DNA of 62,908 bases, counting the filler, from Choristocarpus tenellus KU-1152 (Eukaryota > Protista > Phaeophyceae): assembly GCA_964200185.2 (NCBI GenBank). It is 6 parts of 6 records of this genome, joined end to end, with 100 filler letters (N's around TTAATTAATTAA, not from the genome) between each part and the next. Parts side by side here need not be neighbours in the genome. Positions count along the whole stretch, not along the records: positions 5,693 to 27,449 come from CAXNAD020000327.1; 5 more parts are not named here. One strand, 5' to 3'. Position 1 is the first letter of the stretch; every line of letters starts with the position of its first letter. The position numbers and the translations under genes were made by a program. Below are positions 10,900 to 21,443 of this stretch, in pieces. The notes beneath the pieces were generated by a model, which was given only the letters and a program-made list of their open reading frames with translations, searched no databases and had not been told where the DNA came from.

Positions 10900-13800
10900 C
10901 TACCGTTTGACCTCCCTCCCCATCACCAGGGAGGGGGAGGGTCAACAGTCAGATCCTTGACAATCTGACCTACACTCCCTTCACAAGGGGGAGGAACATT
11001 AATCAAACCGTCTCCTTTGTTGCCAAAAGATAGCCTCTCACCTAGAACAAAGCTGTTCTCACTTCTGTCGCTACAGGGAGAGTTGTCAGATAGGGATGAA
11101 GTGGAAGAAAATATGAACAAATAGACTGTACATCTAATGGTGGGCCACCTGCTTCAGGATGGGAAAACTTGTCCTCAGAACGAGGGTCTGCATCAAGCTT
11201 CCCCCCCCTTTCACAAAGCAGGGGCAACCTCTCCTACTGAGGCAAGACTGGGGCCCTTAGTGGACAGCCAGGTCAGGTTACGTGTAGTAACTATGGCACC
11301 AGTTGAAGTAAGAACACGATAGGCATCACGGGGGTGATTGATCCCTGACCCCAGGTAAAACACCGTTGAACCTTTTGGAAAGTCATACGGGTCTTACTGA
11401 GTAGGCAAAAACCAGGTTGAAGAAATTGGTAGGTCAACAGGGGTGCAGGGGTGCCATACCACATTTCATACGGTGATTTACAACCAGGGTTTGCCGCGGT
11501 TGATGTGTGATTCAGCGAGTGATATAGTGTTGAGCTTCAGCCCATAGAGAGTCTATCTTGGAGACAGTGACATGGGGGAAAAGTAGTGGAGCTTGAAGGT
11601 GGGCAGCGAATGAAGCTTCACAACAATAATACCCAGCACACGTTCAGCAACCCCAATAAATCGAGGACTGTCTGCCGGTGTGGACTCCTGTTTAATCCCA
11701 CGTTCACGACAAAGAGCGCCGAAAGCACCCTCATAAAACTCCCCACCATTATCAGACCACACGCACATAACCCGAGAGGGAGTACGGTCAGCCCGGATAT
11801 CGGCCAGCTAATTCTTGAAGGCTTCGGCGGCATCTGACTTAGCACAAAGGAAATACAACCAAACAAAATGAGAATAGTTGTCCCGGATTATCATGGTGTA
11901 TCATTTACCGCCAATTGAAAGGGTGACCCTCTTCCCACTTAGATCGACAAAACCCCAACCCAGCTTTCTCCTCGCCCTAGTAGATATGCTGGACTGGACG
12001 CCCTTCCATATGCCCTTGCTCATAGAGCAGCCTGCACATGGCTCCAGCTTACCCACCAATGTAATGCCCATTGAAGTGGCGGTGGACTTGAGCATTGCCT
12101 CATGTACGTGGCCATGAGAGCAATGAAAGAGGTCAATGCCAACGTCGGTGTGGGGAGCGTGAGGTGCAAGCGAGGGGGCTATGGTAGCCTTCAAAGCAAC
12201 TTCAGCATTTTGACCCGGTCACGGCAATATGCGTTGACCATGGATGGTATAACGACAATTAGGATATCTTGTGATGATAAGTTTGCCATCAAGTAACGAA
12301 ATGTACTAGCTGTGCCAGTACATTTCGCACCCATATCTGCTGCGGCTTGGCAAGAAGAAAGGTTGAATCCAAGATTTGGGACATGTGCGACATTCTGAAG
12401 GAGTATATCTACTTCCTTATTGTCACGCGAGGGAAACAAGATGGTTAGATCATTATGACCGGCAATACAAAAGGAATTCTGACTGGCAGTAATTATGTTA
12501 CAGCATGCCCCAGAACTCACCTCCACAGGATGTGTAACTCAAATCCAATTACCTTAAAGCGATGCTATGGGGACGTTGCCCTTGGTAACAGTTTGTTGGG
12601 TGTCAGGCAGCCTTCTCTTGATACTCAACTAAGTGCTTAGCTCAAAGCTTGACTCATTGTTTCGTTCAAGATAAAAAGACTGATTTAAGAGGGGTAAAGG
12701 TTTTTGACCAAAAGCCCTCTTATTATTTTCATCATCCACCCAATTTCTTTGGTCTTCTATGCAACTGCTCTATACGTACTCCAATCATAAACCTTTGTTC
12801 TGCAACTTCTTAGGAATTTTGACATTTTCTTCCGTAATGTTACGTATGCATGATGAATCTTACTCTATATCTTCTACGAAATCAGCATTTATTCTGTAAG
12901 GCTACCAATGTGTTAATAATCTTGTATATTGTTCGCACTTGTTAGAACTCAAGAAGAAATGCTCGCGTTTGTTATAACACAAGAAGAATTGCTCGCGCTA
13001 TTCGCCTGTAATAATTACCCTTCAATCTGCCACACAGGGCTTGTAGTTAGTCATACACGCTATCATGTTTGTCATGTGACATGTAGCCGCACTGTCAAAA
13101 ATCCACTCTTCTCTTTCGTGGCCAACCCCAACACTTGACACCAAACATTCAATTACCCCACACTTGCCTTGAGCATTGCTGCTCGGAGAGTCATCAATGA
13201 TGGCCAGTAGTGCGTACCGCTCGTTGTTGTTGCTGCTGGTCGCAGTTTCCGCAGCAATGTGAGAATGTTTCGCCTTGGTCTTGTTCTTTTCTCTCCCAGA
13301 CTCCACCGAAGTCATGAAAACTGAAGTACATGTTGTAGCAGCATGATGGGCACGTCCACAACACTACTTGGTGCAAATGCACCTTGCGCAATCTCCCTTT
13401 TCGTGTCCATTCTTACCACACTTCTCACAAGGAATCTTCTCGGAACTTATAGGGTTGTAATTAGAACCATTTTTCTTATCTTCCACCACGAAATTTACGT
13501 TCCACCCCACGACCTTGGTTGTTACGATGAGAGTGACTCTTTCTCTGTGATTAGCTGCTAACAACCAAAGCGTGGCTGTTCTTGTGTCTTAACTCCTTCC
13601 CTTCATGAAGGGAAGCATATCACTCTCGGACTGTCTTCTCTACGTCTGCTCGACATAGTGTCCTCTGCAAGGCCATCATGCGTATCTGGGTATCGTAATC
13701 TGATTCGAGTGCGCTCAGAAACTGTAGGAGCAGCAGCTTGTCCGAGATAACGAGGTCCATCCTTCCCCGTAGGTCCTCCAATTGGGTTAAGGTCAGGAGA

Positions 13801-14320
13801 GGATTTTCCCCCTTCTCCACCTTCGAAGAGAAAAACCCACGGAACAAATGTTGGCTATTACCCACTGTATTAGGCATGAACCAATCATCTATTGCTTGGA
13901 AAGCTCGCTCGGGCTTTGGTGCGTATAGCACAGAGAGCCCTGGTGGTGGGTGCAACAAGAGCAACAGTAAGTGCATAGTAAGCCTCTTCGGCCATCCAGA
14001 TATCACTCGCACTGAACCCATCGAAGAGAAGTTCCTCATTGGAGCGTTCTTGTTTAACTGGTCTTTCACTTGTCAACGCACCCAGGCAGTGGGTATATCG
14101 ACAATGCACAATGAAACGCCTCCGACAGTCTTGGTAGTCCGAGTCGTCCAATAATTTTGGTGGCTGAGCCCTTGACCTCTTGGGGTGAACAGTATATGCG
14201 CCTGATCCCAAACTTATCGAAGGACCGGGCCTCCGGCTCACCCCACTTCTGACGCTTATGGCATCCAAACTGTTTTCCCTCTCTGGGAAATTTTCCCTCA
14301 ATATGGGTTCCACAGGACCC
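10900..14320 (-). mobile_element. Ty1/Copia retrotransposon remnant (gag, Zn knuckle, protease, GAG-pre-integrase, integrase)
   Basis: CEKCGKNGHEKGDC; WIFDSAATCHMT; LLQNVAHVPNLGFNL; FHCSHGHVHE...CAGCSMSKG; FVDLSGK; SDNGGEF...CRERGIKQE.TPADSP...GVAER, in Copia order with frameshifts and stops. Confidence 0.92.
12496..13013 (-). mobile_element. Solo LTR inserted in the Copia protease
   Basis: Ends TGTTACAG...CTGTAATA with TSD ATTA (12492-95 / 13014-17). Removing it rejoins the protease frame KPCVAD*RVITASQ. Homologous to 16750-17457. Confidence 0.85.
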
Positions 14321-14324
14321 TCTT

Positions 14325-16180
14325 CAACTGGTATTGCACTTCTAGCTTATGATTTCACTGTCAAACACAAGGCCAGTAAGCTAAATGTTATACTACCTGA
14401 TACTCTATCTCGTATTTTCAAGTTTGAGGAACAGGAGAAATCCGATGCGCCAATACTGGCACCCATCTCTCGTAATGTGCCTATCAATAACGTGCATTTA
14501 CCACACGTGTTCAAAAGGGTATGAGATATCTGCTTCTAACGTTGACCAAGCAACACCCGTTCTAAGTTGTCGTGAACTATTTACTAGTTACACTACTGTG
14601 TTCCAGTGGACCCGGAGCAATTGCATAAGGAGCAGAAATCCGAGTTCGGACAATATTTCAGGTATTTGCAGCCCCCCAACGTCGCCCCACCACCTGATAA
14701 GGAATCAACGACATCTAAATCGTATTTTTTCCTTCGTAGTAACTTACTATGTCATTCGTATTTACCAGGCCATATTCGTAAGAGGAGCATGAGATCAGTT
14801 GGTCATTCCTCGCTCGTTAGTCCGTCTGATACTCCACGGTTGCCAGGACCACGCATTGTCTGGAGCCACACTTTTATATTTCAAATCCACGTTCAATAAG
14901 GTTAGAGACTCGTATTGGTGGCCAACATTCAATATCGAAATTCGTACACGGTGCCGTGATTGTCTGCGATGCCAAACGCATAAGACTGCTCACAACAAAG
15001 CTACGCTTCCCCCATATCATACGCCTGTTGTCAGACCATTTCAACATGTTGCCATTGATTTGGTAGAGTGCAAAACACATTCCCTAGCACGAAATGGTGC
15101 GATAAGCTCGTATGTGTTGTGTGCCATTGATCACCCCACTCGTTTTGTTATGCTGAATCCTGTTTCAAACAAAGAGGCCACAACAATTGCTCGTACGCTC
15201 GTAGAACATGTATTTTCAATTTTCGTCCCACCTGAGCCGTAACACTCCGATCAAGGTACCGAATTTGAAAACAGTATCGTTGCAGAGTTGCAATCTGTCT
15301 TTGGTTACAAGAAAACCAAAACCACACCCCTTATCACTCTCAAGGAAATTCTGTGTTAAAGAGACTACATGGTAAGTTGCATTCTATGCTAGCAATGTAT
15401 TTATCTCTGTTGTTGAGGACAACTAGGCATCGTTACTGCCTATCGTATAATAAGCCCATAAGACAGCTTTCAGTGCAAGGTTGCATGAAACCCCGTTTTC
15501 CCTTCTGTTTGGAAGACAAGCTCGTTTACCTGTTGATATTATCCTACCAGATGTCACTACTGAAGAGTTTACTCAGCAAGCCAAAGATAACTTACAGCTT
15601 GCATTTGAGTGGGCACACCTTAACCTCCATGAACGCCTTCAAAATCAGGAATGTGCCAACCAACGTCTCGTAATCCTCGTTTTCGTATATAATGATAAAC
15701 CTCTAGTCCACATGCGAGTACTGATGGTCCAAATCCGAAGCTATTTTACCCTTGGAGGGATCCGAATGAAGTACGTTATAAGGTATCACTCGTCGTGTAC
15801 AGGGTCGTATTACCTGGAAACCCATGTTAATTTTCCGTTCATATGGGTAGAATGAATCGTTACTATCCTCAGCTCTAACCTCCCACACCAGACTTGAATG
15901 AACTGGATTAGTTGTTTTTTGGAAAACCATTACCATTACCAGATGTAGACCATCAAATCTCTCAACCCGTTGTTGGCCAGTACACTATTGATAGCAATAT
16001 TGGACTTAGACCTGATCCTAGTCGTCATTTATCGACAAATGGTATCTATCACCTTCGTATTTGTGGCTATGGACCGTCTTATGATATTCACAGAAGAACA
16101 GAACAGATCGCACAATAGGTCGAAACGATTGCAGCCTATCGTGTCGTTAATCGATTGGATAAAAAGTAAAATTCTCATCC
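14325..16180 (+). mobile_element. Ty3/Gypsy pol remnant (RNase H end, integrase, chromodomain-like tail)
   Basis: LLAYDFTVKHK...PDTLSR; YWWP...CRDCLRCQ; RPFQHVAIDLV; IDHPTRF; HSDQGTEFEN; ETPFSLLFGRQARLPVD; GYGPSYD. Confidence 0.92.
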
Positions 16181-16749
16181 TGCACAGTGTTCACTTGAGA
16201 CTTTGTATTTACTGTTACCATATTCTTCCATAATCTTTATATCATGAATTGTTGTAATATTATGATATCTTTTCAGTGAAGAGATTATTGTATGTAACTT
16301 CCCACCCCTTTCTCCCCGACAGCGTGTGTAGCCAACTCATCTAGAATACGTTCTGCTTGCTTAACCGGGTGCCCAAAACCTTCCATCGCAAAGTTGTTGA
16401 GGATATAACTACGAGGGTCAAAAGAGTCCTCGTAGTGAGTGCACTTTTGCACCTCCGCTGCAGCAGCAGCTACACCATTACTGGTGGATGAGTGTGGAAG
16501 GTGAGATGCTGCCTGCACTTCTGCAAACGTAACATCAAGAAGGAGGGCCTTTGTTATGGTAGGGAACCGATTCGGCATCCGCAAGTGCCCGAGCATGGAA
16601 GACCAGATCCATGCGGAAATTCCGGTCCACTGTAAAGGGGCTACCGTCCTCTATAGTGCAAGGGATACCCATTCCTTCCCAGAGTTGACTTAGACGCTTC
16701 GCCATCAGTGTGTATTGGCGGGCCTGTCCTCCTACCGTAGGGAAGGTAC

Positions 16750-17457
16750 TGTTTCAGGTGAATAGCGCGAGTATTGTGCCAAAGTATCTTAGAGGGTAGA
16801 GCAGCGTCCGTTTGAGGTCCAAAATCCAATGTTGCGATTTTGATGTAACTTTGGCTATCGTGTTTGGTAGGAAGTGTCAATATCCTTGTTCCGGAAACAT
16901 TCATGATACCTACTCCAAAACATTTCAGAATAGGAAAATATCATAAAAAAAAAACATAGGAAGCCAAGCCCCAAACGGACAAACAGGGCAAAACTCGTAC
17001 CCTCTAAGATACTTTCACTCATTTCTTCTCGCATTCTAACAACCGCGAGCAGTATACACGCGTGGGGAACCTTATAAAGAGGAACTCCGATTTGCTAAAA
17101 GTCTTAGAGTAAGGCCTGTAACTCGGGAATGTATACAACGGTTTTCAGATGTATTCCAACATCTATCTGTAAACCAGAAAAAATAAACGGTAGATGAGAA
17201 TAAAAGAAATAAAAGAGTGCTGGATAATCAATGCCCCTCTTTCCACTTTGCTTAGTTCCGATACCAAGTTCATATACTGATATTGATTGAGAAACGTACT
17301 TCTGTTCTGCTGACCTGACATTTGTTAACCTGCATTGGACCTCTGTCGACTGTTGGAGTACCCTGGGAGGTTTTGTACGAACATCAGTGTCATCTATAGG
17401 TCTAAGGATTGGAGCTATACATCCTGTGAAGGTAAGCTTCTGGAGCATGCTGTAACA
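16750..17457 (+). mobile_element. Solo LTR containing MITE A3
   Basis: TGTTTCAG...CTGTAACA with TSD GTAC (16746-49 / 17458-61). Both ends are homologous to the LTR at 12496-13013. Confidence 0.88.
16776..17020 (-). mobile_element. MITE family A, copy 3
   Basis: GTGCCAAAGTATCTTAGAGGGTA...TACCCTCTAAGATACTTTCACTC with a 3-bp TSD ATT. The reconstructed empty site matches the paralogous LTR. Confidence 0.92.
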
Positions 17458-17929
17458 GTACGTGCATGTCTCGTATCTACATTTTGCCTCCTGCACCCAG
17501 TCACCGGGTCCCTGTTCAATAGGGACTCCTCCCTCCCTAGGGGTCTGCTGGCAGTGGGTCTAAACTTTATGGGAGGGATCTGTCATGCTGGTTCCAGGGG
17601 TTGTGTAATTTTACTATTTTGCAGATGTGTCGGGGGAAAAAACAATGAAAACTATTCACAGGTCAGAAAAATTCCTAAAAATGTAACAGTTGTCGTAAAA
17701 TGTTAAAGACATTAAGCTATTTTATGCTGTACCACTGTCTTCCTGTACCTCCAACCTAGCTTAGTCCTGTACCCTAGGGTGAGGAGGTAGGGAAGCATCC
17801 CAAGAATCTAACAAGCCCCTCTTTGCCCATTACCCTGTTGTCTCCAGCTTAAAACGCATGAAACGTCTAGATAGGGCTACTTGCGTTTGTGATTGATACT
17901 ATCTGTCGTAGACGGGATTTGAGCGCCCC

Positions 17930-18113
17930 CTTTCTGGTGTAGCCTCCTGTCCCTCTCCCCTCTACCGTGTGCATAGCTAGCTCATCCAGAGAACTTCCCG
18001 CTTGCTTACCAAGGCGCCCAAATCTTTCCATCGCGAAGGTGTTGAGGTTATAACTACGAGGGTCAAAAGATCCCCCATAGTGGGTGCACTTCTGCGCCTC
18101 AGCTACAGCCAGC
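17930..18113 (-). mobile_element. Second short fragment of the RLE-type LINE tail
   Basis: Nucleotide similarity to 16310-16470 (TTCCATCGC.AAG.TGTTGAGG.TATAACTACGAGGGTCAAAAGA). Confidence 0.75.
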
Positions 18114-18489
18114 TGTTAGAGCCTGAATCAAATGCATCGTACTTCTGAGTTTAATGCGCAGTCTGCGTTGAAAAGAGAAGTCATAGTGCTGCAAAGCACC
18201 GATGTATTTGTTCTGTTGTAACTGAGGTCATTGATCGCTCAGTCAAGAATGATGTCATGTGAATTCAGTGTTCTTTCTCTTGAGATACTCAACGAAAGAT
18301 GTCCATCGTCTGTGGAGAGGCTTGTTACCTTGGTGGACAAGGGTTTCCGTGGATGGTTTAACTCTGAATATATCGCATCCAGGCGTGCATGGGGTCAATG
18401 ACAACCACGAAAGAAATAATAATCAACAATTAACGTACAACTGTGGTATTCTGCTGCTATAGTGTTGGCAGTCGCCTCTAGGATCAGAT

Positions 18490-18798
18490 CGGTCTTGATA
18501 AAAAAAAAAGGTTTCTCAACGAGTTAAATGACGATATGCGTATCAAATGAAAGCTCTTGATCTAAGCTATCGATTTCTGGAAAGGAATTATTTCGCATTT
18601 TTTTTGTTGGTAAGGTTAGATTTTAACCGAATATTTTCGGCACAACCTTGAAAATATTTCAGAATGAATTGTCACGACCAAAACAATTTTTGGGAAATAA
18701 TTTCTTAGCGTAAATCGATAGCCTAATTCAAGAGCTTTCATTTGATATGCTGATCGTCGATCAACTCCTTGGGCAACCTTGTTAAAATATCAAGATTG
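18490..18798. mobile_element. Fold-back non-autonomous element with long imperfect inverted repeats
   Basis: TATCAAATGAAAGCTCTTGA..AGCTATCGATTT pairs with AAATCGATAGC..TCAAGAGCTTTCATTTGATA; the arms extend to TCTTGATA / TATCAAGA. Confidence 0.75.
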
Positions 18799-18829
18799 GT
18801 AACCACAAAAAGGGTACGTGCGCGGGCCC

Positions 18830-19143
18830 TCGATTTAATAGTGTTTAAGCCACTCATAGGACACCGTGAATTGAACTGGATAGATATGCTCTGGGGGTGG
18901 GCGAAGCACTATGTACGAGGCCACTGTGACTATACGTTGCCTGGAATGAGAGCCAACATTTCTGTCAGATTTAAGGAGGAAGGGGGACTGTCCAGAGTAA
19001 TTTTGGAGAGGTTCTTCAGGAGGAGTATTGCTTACCACCTGATATATTCCAACGAGAAAGACATGGAGTGCACCAAATTGGACAGGGTGTACAAGACATT
19101 TAAGTCTTATAGGAGGCCTGCACCTTCAGAATACCTCATTTGA
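18830..19143 (+). mobile_element. IS630/Tc1/mariner-like (DDE_3-type) transposase, C-terminal remnant
   Basis: P..GHRELNWIDMLWGWAKHYVRGHCDYTL...RFFRRS..Y..IY...FKSYRR matches the P.FH.ELN.IE..WG.AK.Y.R..CDYT...YKSHRR motif. Confidence 0.78.
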
Positions 19144-19845
19144 CTTGGCATGGATTGTATGGTTCGGAGGCCTGGGCACCCATGAGTGAGCCTTAGTCAG
19201 CAAGTGACAACATCGCATAAACGGGAATTCATGGAAACACAATGGAGAGACAACAACCCCCATGTTCTCCAGGTGAAGATGGCGTCAAAATCATCCTTAC
19301 ATGCGCGGTTCGCGCGCGGACTACTTGATTTAAGTATTGTCCTGTATTTCTCACGATTATTACAAGTTGACCAACCAAGACCCATCAAATAAGGTTAAGC
19401 ATACAGTTTCCGTTGGTTTCCCCCTGACGCATCTTCAAAATATCGCGTAATAATAATAAGGTTAAGTATGCTGATGCGATTAGGCAAACGAATTTTCATG
19501 AAAAAAATTGTTGTTGATTTAAAGTTATTGCGCAACATTGATATAGGAGGCGACTGCCAACACCGTAAGAAGAAGAAAGAGAAAAAAAAAAGGCAAAAAA
19601 CAAAACAGCAGAACCACCTTGGATCAGTATGTGATGTAACTCAAGTGACGCATATACTATTCTCGTGTGTGGAATGCGGAGTGACTGTTCTGTACTACGG
19701 TGTTCTGATCGTAATTGATGCGGTGATGATGAACTAGTGACAGTAACGATCAGTGCGAAATGGACCAATCAACATTTAGTATTGACTGATGGTACTGTAT
19801 CGTTTCAAGAAAAACAAATGAGTAGCCCATGTTTCAACAGCAACT

Positions 19846-20690
19846 ACACCATTGATGATGGATGAGTGGGGTAGGTGGGAGGCCGCTTATACTTCTGTAA
19901 ACATAACATGGATGAGAAGGCCTTTGTCTCAGTACGGAGCTGATCCGGCGTCTGAAGGTGCCCCCGCATGGAAGACCGGATCCATTCTGAAATTCCTATC
20001 TACTGCCATCCTCCATAGTGCAAGGGATGCCCATTCCTTTGCAAAGTTGGCCCAGACGTTTCAATATTGGTGTGTGTTGGCGAACCTGTCCTCCAGCCCT
20101 AGGGCAGATACGTGCATGTCTGGTGTCTACATTTTGCCTCCTGTAAATCGTCACCGGGCACCTGTTCCATAGGGCCTCCTCTCTCTAAGATTAGGGTTAG
20201 GGTTAGATCTGCTGGTGGTGAGTTAAAGCTCAACGGAAGGGTTCTGGCATGCCAGCTCCAGGGGTTGTGTTGAGGCCCATGCATTTGCCCCCTGTCCACA
20301 TTGGCTCCGGTGGCGTGCCAGGGCTAGCAAGGAGCTTTCTTCCCTTGCTCCACTTCATCATGTAAGGTGGCCAATTGGGTCTGGAAAGAGTCGAAGTGGA
20401 TCCTGTTTAGGAGGTGGATGATCATATGTTGTGCCCTTGTAATCCTGGCATCATGGGGTTCCAGAGTGTGAACCTCTGAGGCCGGTGTGTGGTGTTGTTC
20501 CCCCCAGGTTACCCACCCTTGGCCAATAACTTCCGCCAAGTCTTCTGAGGAGACTTCTGTAGAGATTAGGGTGTGGATGGATGATCCCAGGGCCCTTACT
20601 CTGGGGTTCGTGCAGATGGCTTGTGAGAAAGACTCAACATGATGCCCTTGTTGCCTTGCCAGGAGGGTGGGGAGAGTAGCCACTAGTGAT
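19846..20690 (-). mobile_element. Third RLE-type LINE remnant (post-RT region, Zn knuckle, RLE start)
   Basis: LARHRSQCGQGANAW; CP...NVDTRHARICPRAGGQVRQH; paralogous to 16470-17600. Confidence 0.75.
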
Positions 20691-21443
20691 CCTGCGAAGG
20701 CTGCATGTTGGCGGTGCTTCGTAGAGGAGAGACGAAACCCCTTTCTTCGGAGCTGTGGGCATCTGTGCCTGTACTTGTTAGTACGTCTCTATCATGGAGA
20801 GATCAATTATCACACACCCCTTCAAAGAAGTATGTCTTACTGTGATCGTTCAGGGTGATGTCTTGTTTCGGTTGCACCAATACAGGGAAGCTGTCGTACT
20901 CCCATGTCAGAACTATTCGAGGGAAAAGCCAAAGGAGAGGCCGCTCTCCTTCTACTCTTCATATTTTTTTATGATTATTACTCTTCTTATATCCTTAACC
21001 CAATATTATACCGTTTAATCTTACTCAAGAGAATTTCCAAATATTGTACTAAAATGTTAGTAGTAATAAAATAATGATAGTACTTGAACTACAACAAAAA
21101 AAAGTACAACATACTATTTGTATGCGTATGAGTAGTTCATCATAATTGTAGTCCTTCCGCAACAAGAATAACCCAGCACTGTCCTTAGTAGTGAGAGAAA
21201 AGTTAGTTGTAAGGTCCGTTCATTCTGAATAATTCTCAACTTGCTCTTACACGTATACAAGAGGAGAAAGGGACTGAACATCTTTGAGCAGACAAGAACA
21301 GACACTATTACTGAGTGAGGAGATAACGGTGGAGGAAGTGGTTGAGGCGAAGGGTTTGCATCGAACAGTCCTCTCTACAACAACCTTACAAGGGACAGTT
21401 GTTGGTGAATCAATCCTCTCTCAAATATGGAGAGGAATAACAG

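Larger units (their letters stand above)
16285..17600 (-). mobile_element. Non-LTR retrotransposon 3' remnant (CCHC plus restriction-like endonuclease), interrupted by a solo LTR
   Basis: ALLLDVTFAEVQA...AAAAAEVQKCTHY..SFDPRSY.L..FAMEGFG is a PD-(D/E)xK RLE-like tail. The sequence continues at 17458 and is collinear with the paralog at 19846-20330. Confidence 0.78.

Noticed and set aside
18114-18293. Possible short LTR (TGTTAG...CTCAACG)
   Set aside because: No TSD, no second copy and no PBS/PPT visible.
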